DNA of 64,000 bases from Salinivirgaceae bacterium. Its GTDB lineage: Bacteria; Bacteroidota; Bacteroidia; Bacteroidales; SZUA-534. The position numbers and the translations under genes are program-made. This document shows positions 30,825-40,488 of this stretch, piece by piece. The notes under the pieces were generated by a model. It was not told where the DNA came from. It searched no databases and saw only the letters and a program-made list of their open reading frames with translations. The DNA lies in assembly GCA_050179685.1 (NCBI GenBank), contig JBFXEW010000007.1, positions 79,223 through 143,222 of the forward strand, given 5' to 3'. Each line of letters begins with the position of its first letter. The stretch's first letter is position 1.

Positions 30825-30832
30825 TAAATTTG
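30825..30832 (+). promoter_or_regulatory. -7 promoter box (TAAATTTG) upstream of the chemoreceptor
   Basis: Exact TAnnTTTG match about 140 nt before the MCP ATG. Confidence 0.55.
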
Positions 30833-30972
30833 ATTGTCTTTTAAACCAAATTGATGAAAACAAGAACAACAAAAACTGATTCCTGTAAGTTTTGGTCTGC
30901 ATTTAATGTTTCTGGCAGAAACTAACTCTGGGTTCGGCTTTTAACCAATTTTAAATTTTAAAGCAAATTAAC

Positions 30973-32463
30973 ATGTCGTTGCGAAATAAACTTTTGTTAC
31001 TGGTAGTTTTACCTGTGGTATTATCAACTACCATTGCCGTAATTTCATCGTCGGTAAAAATACACAATCAGGGAATTCAGGGTCTTGTTGATAAAAGCAA
31101 TGCCATATTAACCAATAACATACTTGAATTTGTACATAACCATGTGGAGGGAAATTCCATTCTCGATATTGACAGTAATGAAGCTTTGAAAGGGGTAACC
31201 TCAGCTATCGATGCCGGTTCAATGAACTACCAGTTTCGCATTTCATCGCCCGAACCAATAAACGACAAGTACAAAGCACAAGTTGCCGATATGGAATTTA
31301 TTTCGCGCTTTGAGCAGGAAAATGTTGATTACATTATAAATATTAATGATGAAACAAATCAATTATGTGTAATGCGGCCTGTTTACATGGACGAAAGCCG
31401 GGGCTGCCTCGAATGTCATGAAAGCTCAGTGGCAGAAACTACTGCCAATCATGGTAGTTTAAGAGGGATATTCTCCGTTCAGTCCGATATGACTGCCATC
31501 CAAAAACAGGTAAATAAAGCCATATTGCAAAATATAAGCTTTGGCTTATTACTAATGCTTCTGGCTGTAGTGCTTGGCGTTTTTATTGTGAGTCGCCTGC
31601 TCAAAGCCATCATGCAAATAATTTCCGTAAGCGAAAAAATATCGGAAGGAAAGCTCACCGAGTCGGTGCAAATTAATACTGGTGATGAACTGGAAACCCT
31701 GGGCAACTATATTAATCAGATGGTCGCATCGCTTAATAAAGTTCTTGGCGGGGTAAAAAATGCAGCCCATGAATTAAACCTCACAACCAACGAAATGGCC
31801 AACGCTTCGGCAGGTATTGCCAGCGGAGCCCAGGATCAGATTACCCGTTTTCAGGAACTCACTCATTCGGCTCAACATACTACCAACAACACCAGTAATG
31901 CAAGCGACTTTATAAAAAGAACCGAAACCAATGCAGGAATAGCCCAACAAGGCATGAACCAAACCTTACAGGCGATTAATAAAATTGAAGAAAGCTCGAA
32001 AAAAATTTATCAGGAAGTACAAACCATCAATACCATTGCTTTTCAAACAAAAATTCTGGCGCTTAATGCGTCTATTGAAGCTGCACGAGCTGGTGAGCAC
32101 GGCAAAGGGTTTGCGGTGGTTGCAGCCGAAGTTCAAAAATTGTCGGAAATTACCACCAATTCGTCAAAAGAAATTAATGAAATTACCGGCACCAGCTTAA
32201 AACAGGTAAATCAGGGAGTAAAAATTGCACAGGATGCAGGCAATAAAATAAGCGAGATTCTGAAAATGGTATCAGAAATCTCGACAAGCCTTCAGAAAAT
32301 TTCGGATAGTGCAATTGAACAAGCCGGCATTGTAAGCAAAAACACCGAGATTACCCATTCCAATGCCCATGCTGCCGAAGAACTGGATGCCAACGCTACT
32401 TCACTTAAAAGTCAGGCCGACACTTTGTTGAAAATTGTAAGCTATTTTGAACTAAAAGAATAA
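30973..32463 (+). CDS. Methyl-accepting chemotaxis protein with periplasmic CxxCH (c-type heme) sensor domain and HAMP
   Basis: Two TM helices, periplasmic 'GCLECH', HAMP '[13 protein letters not shown]' and signalling hairpin '[30 protein letters not shown]'. Confidence 0.88.
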   Translation: MSLRNKLLLLVVLPVVLSTTIAVISSSVKIHNQGIQGLVDKSNAILTNNILEFVHNHVEGNSILDIDSNEALKGVTSAIDAGSMNYQFRISSPEPINDKYKAQVADMEFISRFEQENVDYIININDETNQLCVMRPVYMDESRGCLECHESSVAETTANHGSLRGIFSVQSDMTAIQKQVNKAILQNISFGLLLMLLAVVLGVFIVSRLLKAIMQIISVSEKISEGKLTESVQINTGDELETLGNYINQMVASLNKVLGGVKNAAHELNLTTNEMANASAGIASGAQDQITRFQELTHSAQHTTNNTSNASDFIKRTETNAGIAQQGMNQTLQAINKIEESSKKIYQEVQTINTIAFQTKILALNASIEAARAGEHGKGFAVVAAEVQKLSEITTNSSKEINEITGTSLKQVNQGVKIAQDAGNKISEILKMVSEISTSLQKISDSAIEQAGIVSKNTEITHSNAHAAEELDANATSLKSQADTLLKIVSYFELKE

Positions 32464-32467
32464 TGTC

Positions 32468-33286
32468 TTAGCTTGGCTCTTGTTGCGAAGTATTCAATTG
32501 GTTCTTAATTCCTTTAATATCCTCCTGAATGTTTTTTATTCGTCGCAATAATTCAACCTGCGTGGCGGAACCTTCCGGCAACTGGTGGCTTATGAAATTG
32601 GTAAATTTCCATATTTCACTCACCTGATGCACATGAACCGTATAAGATTTGTAGTCTGCATTTAAAGAATGCAAAACCATTGTGCCATCTTCGCTTAAGC
32701 GATTCTCAATTATTTTAAACACCAGCCCCTCGTCCAGGGTACAAACTATACAGGCCAGACCATCGGATAGGGTGCTCCAGTCCACAACAAATTCACCGGT
32801 AACCCATGCGCCATCAGGAATGGGCAGCATACTGTCGCCCTTTAGCTGAAAGGTGCGGAATTTTTTATTTTCTGGTAAAAAAGGCATCTGAAATACCGGG
32901 AGCTTCTCAATAAACTCAGGATCGGCAAAACCACGCGTATAACCCGCTTTGGCTTTTTCGGTAACCAGTTCAATATTCTCGCGGTTTACTGCATTTACCG
33001 TAGTGGCAAGTACCCTAATCTGACCTCCCCGAATATACACATCCTGGCCCCGCTCAATCTGCGAAAGCATACTTTCCGACAAACTACTTAAATCGACACG
33101 CACCAAGGTGTCGAGCGAAACTCCATAATAATCGGCAAACTGCAACAGGGCATCAATACCGGGCTTGGCTACCTGATTTTCGTATCCACTCAGTGTCGGC
33201 CTTTTCATCTGTAAAGCAAAAGCCACATCGTCCTGAGTACGGCCTTTACGTTTACGCAACAACTTAATATTCTGACTAAAAAACAT
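32468..33286 (-). CDS. XRE/CI-like HTH + S24 peptidase repressor (non-canonical LexA type)
   Basis: N-terminal HTH 'TQDDVAFALQMKRPTLSGYE', Ala-Gly cleavage site 'KAGY', catalytic 'GDSM' Ser and 'VFK' Lys. Confidence 0.85.
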   Translation of the reverse strand: MFFSQNIKLLRKRKGRTQDDVAFALQMKRPTLSGYENQVAKPGIDALLQFADYYGVSLDTLVRVDLSSLSESMLSQIERGQDVYIRGGQIRVLATTVNAVNRENIELVTEKAKAGYTRGFADPEFIEKLPVFQMPFLPENKKFRTFQLKGDSMLPIPDGAWVTGEFVVDWSTLSDGLACIVCTLDEGLVFKIIENRLSEDGTMVLHSLNADYKSYTVHVHQVSEIWKFTNFISHQLPEGSATQVELLRRIKNIQEDIKGIKNQLNTSQQEPS

Positions 33287-33311
33287 TGCTTCCGTTTATT
33301 TAATACATAAG

Positions 33312-33689
33312 TTAAAACATTCCATGCTCGTTCACAGAGTTGGCAGGAATTTCCTGTACCAAATCCCATAACTCCACAATCTTATCGGCACTAAAGCGAA
33401 AGATATGAACCACAGCAAACCCCCTATCCTCAGCATTTTGTTGAATGTGCGCGTGTACTGCTACCCAATCGCCATCGTGCAAAACATGCTGAATGGTAAA
33501 TACTTTGTTTGGAAACGCTGCCGCGTCGGCTTCCATAGCCTTACACAGCGATTCGGCATCGCCTTTAAAACCGGTATTATGGTGCTTAAATCCCTCGCCA
33601 ACATATTTATGAAAAGCCTGGCGGGGATTCCCTTTTACAATAAGTTCAAGAAACGCTTTTGCTGATTCTTTAATGCTTTGTGTGTTCAT
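33312..33689 (-). CDS. SnoaL/NTF2-like small protein
   Basis: 'FKHHN', 'HDGDWVAVH' and 'VHIFRFSADKIVELWD'. Confidence 0.8.
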   Translation of the reverse strand: MNTQSIKESAKAFLELIVKGNPRQAFHKYVGEGFKHHNTGFKGDAESLCKAMEADAAAFPNKVFTIQHVLHDGDWVAVHAHIQQNAEDRGFAVVHIFRFSADKIVELWDLVQEIPANSVNEHGMF

Positions 33690-33809
33690 AGTACTTATTT
33701 TTATTGCTTTACTTCCAGCTTAGCCAACTCCTCAGGTCTGATTTTTAAGAATCCCATCCAAAAAACTGCAAAAATAACTGATCAAACTATTTTAAATATT
33801 CGCTCTATT

Positions 33810-33850
33810 GATTATATTGTAATCTGTATTTTGATTAATAACTAATCAAA
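33810..33850. promoter_or_regulatory. Two tandem palindromic operator candidates GATTA-N5-TAATC
   Basis: GATTAtattgTAATC (33810-33824) and TTTGATTAataacTAATCAAA (33830-33850) lie in the divergent repressor/dinB intergenic region. Confidence 0.7.
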
Positions 33851-33878
33851 GGTAGGGAAAAATAACAAGTAAACAAAT
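33847..33878 (-). promoter_or_regulatory. Leftward promoter (TTTG-20-TACCTTTG) for snoaL-repressor
   Basis: Both elements with canonical spacing. The -7 box overlaps the second palindrome. Confidence 0.65.
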
Positions 33879-33895
33879 AGTAACGCTTTATAATT

Positions 33896-35047
33896 ATGCA
33901 GATTGCGAACAAACAGATTGTTCACCTGGACTTAGACACCTTTTTTGTATCGGTAGAACGCCTTGTTAACAGCCGGCTGGTTGGGAAACCGGTTATTATT
34001 GGTGGCTTGTCGGACCGGGGCGTGGTAGCAGGCTGTAGTTACGAGGCCCGCCGATACGGTGTGCATTCTGCCATGCCCATGAAAATGGCCCGGAAACTTT
34101 GCAGCCAGGCGATAATTATCCGTGGCGATATGGATCGTTACTCAAGATACTCACATTTGGTAACCGATATTATAGCAGAACGGGCTCCGTTGTACGAAAA
34201 AGCATCGATTGATGAACACTACCTGGACATTACCGGAATGGACCGCTTTTTTGGCTGCCTTAAATGGACTCAGGAGCTCCGCCAGACTATTATCCGCGAA
34301 AGCGGACTGCCCATTTCGTTTGGCTTATCGGTAAACAAAACGGTTTCAAAAATTGCTACCGGCGAGGCCAAACCCAACGGCGAACTAATGATAAACGTTC
34401 CGGATATTCCTCCCTTTCTGGGGCCCTTGTCGATACGCAAAATACCGATGATTGGTCCTAAAACTTACCAACTCCTTCGTTCAATGGGGGTTCTTACCAT
34501 AAAATCGTTGCGTGAGATTCCTCCGGGAATGGTAGAAAAAGTGCTCGGAAAAAACGGAAGAATCCTTTGGAAAAAAGCCAACGGTATCGACCCGACTCCC
34601 ATACAACCGTACACCGAACAAAAGTCAATGAGTGCCGAACGTACTTTTGAGCAAGACACCATCGACATGGTTATACTAAACCATACCCTGGCAGCTATGG
34701 TAGAAAAATTATCGTTTCAATTGCGAAAAGAACAAAAACTTGCATCGGTAATTACCCTTAAAATACGATACGCCAATTACGACACCCATACCCTACAAAA
34801 AAAAATGGCGTACACCGCATTCGACCACGTACTGCTCGAAACAGCCAAGGAATTGTTTACCCGACTGTACGACCGACGCATGTTGATACGCCTGATTGGA
34901 GTAAAGCTTGGCGGCCTGGTTCACGGTGCCCAACAGCTAAACCTGTTTGAAGATACCCCGGAAATGGTTAACTTGTACCTGGCTATGGACAACATTCGTA
35001 AACGTTACGGTGTTAAAGCAGTACGCAAAGCGGTTGGTTTTTATTGA
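33896..35047 (+). CDS. dinB: DNA polymerase IV (Y family)
   Basis: 'HLDLDTFFVSVE', 'SYEAR' and 'SIDE' catalytic motifs intact; 'LKIRY...T' little-finger region. Confidence 0.93.
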   Translation: MQIANKQIVHLDLDTFFVSVERLVNSRLVGKPVIIGGLSDRGVVAGCSYEARRYGVHSAMPMKMARKLCSQAIIIRGDMDRYSRYSHLVTDIIAERAPLYEKASIDEHYLDITGMDRFFGCLKWTQELRQTIIRESGLPISFGLSVNKTVSKIATGEAKPNGELMINVPDIPPFLGPLSIRKIPMIGPKTYQLLRSMGVLTIKSLREIPPGMVEKVLGKNGRILWKKANGIDPTPIQPYTEQKSMSAERTFEQDTIDMVILNHTLAAMVEKLSFQLRKEQKLASVITLKIRYANYDTHTLQKKMAYTAFDHVLLETAKELFTRLYDRRMLIRLIGVKLGGLVHGAQQLNLFEDTPEMVNLYLAMDNIRKRYGVKAVRKAVGFY

Positions 35048-35097
35048 TTGAGAAGGTGAAAATGACAAGTATAAAAACATTGAGATAAATAATAAGT

Positions 35098-35886
35098 ATG
35101 TGTGGAAGATATATTCAGGTAAAAAACGTACAGGTTATTGAAGAACGCTTCAATGTAAAAGTACCCGATGGCCTGGAGCTTACTCCAAACTTTAATGTAG
35201 CTCCCGGCGATTTTGCTCCCGTAATAACCAGCGATAAACCCAACGAAGTACAATTGTTTCAATTTGGGCTTACTCCTTTTTGGGCGAAAAAGCCCATGTA
35301 TTTATTCAATGCCCGCGCTGAAGGCGACCATAACAAAGAAAACGCCATCCACTACAAGGGAGGTAAAGATATTATCAACAAGCCGGCATTTCGAAAACCC
35401 ATCCGTAGTCAGCGCTGCCTGGTAATTGCCGATGCTTTTTACGAAGGAACAAGCACCGACAAGCTAAACAAACCTTATGTGGTTTATCTAAAAGGCAAAC
35501 AAGGCCCCTTTGCTTTTGCAGGCATCTGGGACACCTGGGTAAACAAAGAAAGCGGCGAAGAAATCAATTCGTTCGCCATTATTACCACTATGGCCAACAG
35601 CCTGATGCAAAAAATTCCACACCACCGCTCTCCCATTATTCTACCCCGCAAGCGCGAACAAACCTGGCTCAACAGCAATGCTCCCCTTACCGATATTACC
35701 CGTATGCTGGAACCTTTTCCCGGTGAGTTAATGAATGCCTATCCGGTAGCAAGTCGGGTAAAAGATTCCAGGATTAAAGGCAAAGAACTGATTACCCCTA
35801 TTGGTCAACCGCTCTTTTCTGATGAAACATTTAAGGAAAATATTACGCTGGAATTACACGGAATGGGGCATTATAAAAACAAGTAA
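35098..35886 (+). CDS. SOS response-associated peptidase (SRAP/YedK/HMCES family), abasic-site protection
   Basis: N-terminal MCGRY with catalytic Cys2, 'FNARAE', 'RCLVIADAFYE' and 'HHRSPIIL'. Confidence 0.92.
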   Translation: MCGRYIQVKNVQVIEERFNVKVPDGLELTPNFNVAPGDFAPVITSDKPNEVQLFQFGLTPFWAKKPMYLFNARAEGDHNKENAIHYKGGKDIINKPAFRKPIRSQRCLVIADAFYEGTSTDKLNKPYVVYLKGKQGPFAFAGIWDTWVNKESGEEINSFAIITTMANSLMQKIPHHRSPIILPRKREQTWLNSNAPLTDITRMLEPFPGELMNAYPVASRVKDSRIKGKELITPIGQPLFSDETFKENITLELHGMGHYKNK

Positions 35887-35911
35887 GCACTTGCCGTTTA
35901 AAAGCACAAAA

Positions 35912-35938
35912 AAAGCCACCCCATAACAGGATGGCTTT
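35912..35938. terminator. Terminator between convergent SRAP and mutB
   Basis: AAAGCCA-13 nt-TGGCTTT with an upstream A-run. Confidence 0.65.
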
Positions 35939-35961
35939 AACTTATATCAACTGAAGTAATT

Positions 35962-38115
35962 TTATTCGATGGTTTTCAGTAGAATCTCCAGTATCTGAAC
36001 TGCGGCTTTCGACACTGAAGTTCCCGGTCCAAAAATACCTACTACGCCAGCATCGTAAAGGAATTTATAGTCCTGTGCGGGGATTACTCCTCCGGCAATA
36101 ACCATAATATCTTCACGTCCCAGTTTTTTCAATTCGGCCATTACAGCAGGAACCAGGGTTTTATGTCCGGCAGCCAGCGACGATACGCCCAGCACGTGCA
36201 CATCGTTTTCAACGGCATCTTTGGCAGCTTCCTCGGGGGTTTGGAACAAGGGTCCCATATCCACATCGAAACCTATATCGGCATAACCTGTGGCAACTAC
36301 TTTGGCCCCACGGTCGTGTCCGTCCTGGCCCATTTTGGCTATCATAATCCGGGGCTGGCGACCTTCTTTTTTAGCGAAGGCAGCACAAAGCTCCTGTGCT
36401 TTTATAAAATTCGAATCGCTTTGCGATTCGCTGGAATATACTCCTGAAATTGATCGTATCACTGCTTTATACCTCCCTACAACTTTTTCGCATGCATAAG
36501 AAATCTCACCTAAGGTAGCCCGTTGTTTAGCTGCTTCAACAGCCAGCTCCAACAAGTTCCCTTTGCCGGTTTCAACGCAGCGGGTTATGGCATTTAATGC
36601 CTGCTGAACTTCCTGCTCGTTACGATTGGCTTTTAATTCGGCAATTCGCTTGATTTGTGATTCGCGAACCGCGGTATTGTCTACTTCAAGAATCTCCAAA
36701 GGATCTTCTTTCTCCAGACGGTATTTGTTTACACCAACAATAACCTGGGCTCCGGAGTCAATTTTTGCCTGAGCACGAGCAGCTGCTTCTTCAATACGCA
36801 TTTTTGGAATGCCGGTTTCAATGGCTTTCGACATGCCTCCTAATTCTTCAACTTCTTCAATCAGTTTCCAGGCGCGTTGTGCTATTTCGTGAGTCAGGCT
36901 TTCCACGTAATACGAGCCAGCCCAGGGATCGATGGAACGGCAAATCTGAGTTTCTTCCTGTAAGTAAATTTGTGTGTTACGGGCAATCCGTGCCGAAAAA
37001 TCGGTAGGCAGCGCAATGGCTTCATCCAGGGCGTTGGTGTGCAAACTTTGGGTATGACCCAGTGCAGCACCCATGGCTTCGATACAGGTACGACCCACAT
37101 TGTTGAAGGGGTCCTGCTCGGTTAAGCTCCAGCCCGATGTTTGCGAGTGGGTACGCAGAGCCAGCGACTTGGGATTTTTCGGGTTGAACTGAGCTACCAG
37201 TTTGGCCCAAATCATCCGGGCAGCACGCATCTTGGCAATCTCCATAAAATGATTCATTCCCACTGCCCAGAAGAACGACAAACGTGGGGCAAAAGCATCG
37301 ATGTCGATTCCGGCTTTAATACCTGTACGCAGGTAATCGAGCCCGTCGGCCAGGGTGTAGGCCATTTCAATATCGTTGGTAGCACCCGCCTCCTGCATAT
37401 GGTATCCCGAAATGGATATGGAATTAAATTTAGGCATGTACTTCGAAGTGTATTCAAAGATATCGGCAATGGTTTTCATTGAGAATTCCGGCGGAAAAAT
37501 GTAGGTGTTCCGCACCATAAATTCCTTTAGAATGTCGTTTTGAATGGTTCCGGCCAGTTCTTCCAATTTAGCTCCCTGTTCCAGGGCTGCCACTATGTAA
37601 AAGGCCATAATGGGCAACACAGCACCATTCATGGTCATGGAAACCGACATTTTATTCAGCGGAATCTGATCGAACAGAATTTTCATATCCAAAACCGAAT
37701 CGATAGCCACACCGGCTTTACCCACATCGCCAATCACCCGGGGATGATCGGAATCGTAACCACGGTGCGTGGCCAGATCGAAAGCTACCGACAAACCTTT
37801 TTGTCCGGCAGCCAGGTTACGGCGATAAAAAGCATTCGATTCCTCGGCTGTTGAAAAACCGGCATACTGGCGCACGGTCCAGGGACGCATGGCGTACATC
37901 ATAGAGTAAGGGCCCCGCAGGAAAGGAGCAATTCCGGCAGCATAATTTAAATGCTCCATGCCTTCCAAATCTTCTTTCGTGTAAACGGGTTTTACAGGAA
38001 TCTGCTCCGGGGTTAACCAGGTTTTTTGAGCGTTCCCCCCTTTTGTATTTTGTTTTTCAGTGACTCCTTCATTCTGAAGGCTTCTGAAATCTATTGTCTT
38101 AAAGTTTGGTCTCAT
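35962..38115 (-). CDS. scpA: Methylmalonyl-CoA mutase, catalytic (large) subunit
   Basis: '[13 protein letters not shown]', 'ISISGYH', 'QSLHTN' and B12-binding 'GQDGHDRG'. Confidence 0.97.
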   Translation of the reverse strand: MRPNFKTIDFRSLQNEGVTEKQNTKGGNAQKTWLTPEQIPVKPVYTKEDLEGMEHLNYAAGIAPFLRGPYSMMYAMRPWTVRQYAGFSTAEESNAFYRRNLAAGQKGLSVAFDLATHRGYDSDHPRVIGDVGKAGVAIDSVLDMKILFDQIPLNKMSVSMTMNGAVLPIMAFYIVAALEQGAKLEELAGTIQNDILKEFMVRNTYIFPPEFSMKTIADIFEYTSKYMPKFNSISISGYHMQEAGATNDIEMAYTLADGLDYLRTGIKAGIDIDAFAPRLSFFWAVGMNHFMEIAKMRAARMIWAKLVAQFNPKNPKSLALRTHSQTSGWSLTEQDPFNNVGRTCIEAMGAALGHTQSLHTNALDEAIALPTDFSARIARNTQIYLQEETQICRSIDPWAGSYYVESLTHEIAQRAWKLIEEVEELGGMSKAIETGIPKMRIEEAAARAQAKIDSGAQVIVGVNKYRLEKEDPLEILEVDNTAVRESQIKRIAELKANRNEQEVQQALNAITRCVETGKGNLLELAVEAAKQRATLGEISYACEKVVGRYKAVIRSISGVYSSESQSDSNFIKAQELCAAFAKKEGRQPRIMIAKMGQDGHDRGAKVVATGYADIGFDVDMGPLFQTPEEAAKDAVENDVHVLGVSSLAAGHKTLVPAVMAELKKLGREDIMVIAGGVIPAQDYKFLYDAGVVGIFGPGTSVSKAAVQILEILLKTIE

Positions 38116-38189
38116 TTTTATTCTTTTTTGAGATAATTGGCCTTGCTGGTTAAGAACCAGGTGATTTTAATCACAAAGCCGGCATCTGT

Positions 38190-40055
38190 TTAAATTCCCA
38201 ACATTTTTTGAAATCCACTCAAAGTTTCCAGCACATTGCTCTTCATGTGTATGAAATGCTCCAGGTGGGCTGCTTTCAGTTCATCGATGATTTCGACCGG
38301 ATAGCCGGCTACCACCACGGGAATTGAACCAGCCTGGCTTTTAACCTGAGGGGCAAAAACGGCGTACTCTTCGTCGGAGCTACAAGCTACAATTATATCG
38401 GCTTTTGCAGCAAGAGCTTCGTTCATACCCTCAGAAACTTCGCAATAACCTTTGCCTTCGAGCACTTCGAATCCGGCTGCGGCAAAAAATCCGGCAGCAA
38501 ACTGGGCCCGGGCTTTGCGCATCACCAAATGACCAATGGTAAGCAAAAATACCAACGGACGTTTGTGAGTCAGGGCAAAGGTGTCGGTTTTGTAGCGCAA
38601 GGCTTCAAAAGCCATGGCTCCCCGATAAGCGGTAAGGGGTTCAATTTCAAAAGTTGTAATCTGAGTTTGCTCAAGTAATTGACTGGCCAGTTCCTTGTCG
38701 ATATGTTCGTTGATGTTGGGATACTGATTCACTCCCAGGATTATTTCCTTGCGGGTAGCAATATCAGCATCGCGTTTTGATGCGGTTTCTTTAATTTGCT
38801 TCTGTACAAAGCCTTTTTCTATGGCCGCAGTAAAACCACCCAGATTTTCGACCTCAACAAAAAGATTCCAGGCCTGCTCAGCTATATTGTCGGTAAGTGT
38901 TTCAATGTAATACGAACCGGCTGCGGGATCTACTGTCTTGTCGAAATGCGCTTCTTCCTTTAACAGGATTTGTTGATTGCGGGCAATCCGCTCGCTGAAT
39001 TCAGTGGGTTTTTCGTAGGCACTGTTAAACGGATTTACCGTAATGGAATCGGCACCGCCCAATACACCCGACATGGCCTCGGTTTGGGTGCGAAGCAGGT
39101 TCACATAGGGGTCGTAAATGGTTTTGTTCCATTGGCTGGTTACCGCATGAATGGTAGCCACACCTTTTTTTGAATCGGCGGGCTGATATTGTTTTACCAC
39201 TTGCGCCCATAAAAAACGGGTGGCTCTGAATTTGGCAATCTCCATAAAGTAATTGGAACCTATTCCCATTTCAAATTTAAGCGCTTGTGCAGCCTGGTCG
39301 GGTGAAATGCCTTTATCGGTAAGGCCTGCCAGGTATTCATTGGCAGCAGCCAGGGTAAAGCCGAGCTCCTGAACCAGCGACGAACCGGCATTCTCGAATA
39401 TATCGCCCCGAACTACCAGTGCTTTAAAGTTAGGCAGTTCATTTAAAGCTTTTACCAGTTGGGTAGCATCTTCCAATGCATCGGTCTGATTCTTTTTACC
39501 ACTTTTTAAGGGACAGGTTAGCGGGTCGAACGACAAGGAGCCGTAAACCTTAGCCTTGTCGATGCCCAGTTTTGAAACATAGCCTGTAAAAGCCGGGGCA
39601 ACGCTTAGGGCCGCATATCCGGCCACAAAGTTAATTTCTACCTGAGTAAGCGGAATGTTATTTAAAAGTACCTCCATATCGGAGCTTGTATACTTTTTTT
39701 CGTTGTCGAGCACAAAGCCAAGGGAGTTTACTCCTTTGCTAAGAATTTCGCGTGCTTTGGTGTTGGCTTTACTCAGGTCGAATTCTTTGATTTCCTGACG
39801 GATAAACCAACTTGCTTCGGTTTTGTTTCCACGAACAAAAGGAAACTGACCGGGTGTCCCATTAAGGTGACCCAGCTTTTCGAGGTGCTCGCTCCGATAG
39901 TATGGCTGCACCTTAAAGCCTTCGTTTGTGCGCCAAACCAGCTTTCGCTCGTAATCGGCGCCTTTCAGATCAGCAACGATCTTTTCTTCCCACTCCCGGG
40001 TTGTAACAGGCGGAAACTGAGTGAATAATTTCTTGCCTTTATCCAATTCTGACAT
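38190..40055 (-). CDS. mutA: Methylmalonyl-CoA mutase, small subunit
   Basis: 'LFTQFPPVTTREWE', 'NLLRTQTEAMS' and 'DPAAGSYYIE'. Lacks DxHxxG; lies upstream of the large subunit. Confidence 0.93.
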   Translation of the reverse strand: MSELDKGKKLFTQFPPVTTREWEEKIVADLKGADYERKLVWRTNEGFKVQPYYRSEHLEKLGHLNGTPGQFPFVRGNKTEASWFIRQEIKEFDLSKANTKAREILSKGVNSLGFVLDNEKKYTSSDMEVLLNNIPLTQVEINFVAGYAALSVAPAFTGYVSKLGIDKAKVYGSLSFDPLTCPLKSGKKNQTDALEDATQLVKALNELPNFKALVVRGDIFENAGSSLVQELGFTLAAANEYLAGLTDKGISPDQAAQALKFEMGIGSNYFMEIAKFRATRFLWAQVVKQYQPADSKKGVATIHAVTSQWNKTIYDPYVNLLRTQTEAMSGVLGGADSITVNPFNSAYEKPTEFSERIARNQQILLKEEAHFDKTVDPAAGSYYIETLTDNIAEQAWNLFVEVENLGGFTAAIEKGFVQKQIKETASKRDADIATRKEIILGVNQYPNINEHIDKELASQLLEQTQITTFEIEPLTAYRGAMAFEALRYKTDTFALTHKRPLVFLLTIGHLVMRKARAQFAAGFFAAAGFEVLEGKGYCEVSEGMNEALAAKADIIVACSSDEEYAVFAPQVKSQAGSIPVVVAGYPVEIIDELKAAHLEHFIHMKSNVLETLSGFQKMLGI

Positions 40056-40080
40056 AGTGACTGTTTTAGAAATTAAAGTG

Positions 40081-40088
40081 CAAAATTA
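40081..40088 (-). promoter_or_regulatory. -7 promoter box (TAATTTTG) of mutAB
   Basis: CAAAATTA on the + strand, 25 nt upstream of the mutA ATG. Confidence 0.65.
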
Positions 40089-40196
40089 CGAACCTTTATC
40101 AAATGCCGATCGGTAAAAAAATGTTTTTTGTCAGGGTTCGCTATTGCTTTTCGGGGTATTATGCCTGCTGGTTCGTCTGAGCGGCGGAAAGCAATG

Positions 40197-40488
40197 AAAT
40201 AAGCTGTTTTAAAACTGCTTAAAACAGGCAAGTTTTATCCTTAGTTTATTCACCCGGTACAATTCATTTGGCCTTTCCGTAGTGCTCCGGAAGCATCTCC
40301 CGTAACCAGGAGGTGTTTCCGTACTACTACGGAAGCGTCTCCCGTAACCAGGTGGTGCTTTCGTACAGCTACGAAAACGTCTCCAGTAAATTTTTAATCA
40401 TACCGTACTGCTACGAAAGTAGCAAATGGAAAATAGCCTGCCATATTATTACCGAAAACTAACTTGCAAAAATAAGCTGTTTTAAAAC
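40197..40488. repeat. 19-bp direct repeat AAATAAGCTGTTTTAAAAC (40197-40215 and 40470-40488) bracketing the 42-bp array
   Basis: Exact duplicate 273 bp apart, containing the GTTTTAAAAC palindrome. Confidence 0.85.
40275..40418. repeat. Tandem 42-bp repeat (3.5 units) built of alternating palindromes
   Basis: Units start at 40275, 40317, 40359 and 40401. Core TTCCGTA-N4-TACGGAA-like palindrome alternates with CTCC-CGTAACCA-GGAG. Confidence 0.9.

Noticed and set aside
32468-33286. Prophage repressor / prophage
   Set aside because: No phage structural, integrase or replication genes. The neighbours are dinB and SRAP, which fits an SOS repressor.
30606-35886. Genomic island integrated at tRNA-Leu
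   Set aside because: The accessory-looking genes are on the tRNA 5' side. I found no integrase and no duplicated tRNA 3' end.
40218-40400. 14-aa repeat protein encoded by the 42-bp array
   Set aside because: One frame on each strand is open across the units, but both are short, and the - strand frame has an in-frame stop just upstream and no start codon.
40275-40418. CRISPR array
   Set aside because: The 'spacers' are near-identical and the 18-bp 'repeats' vary. Only 3.5 units and no cas genes. It is a tandem repeat.
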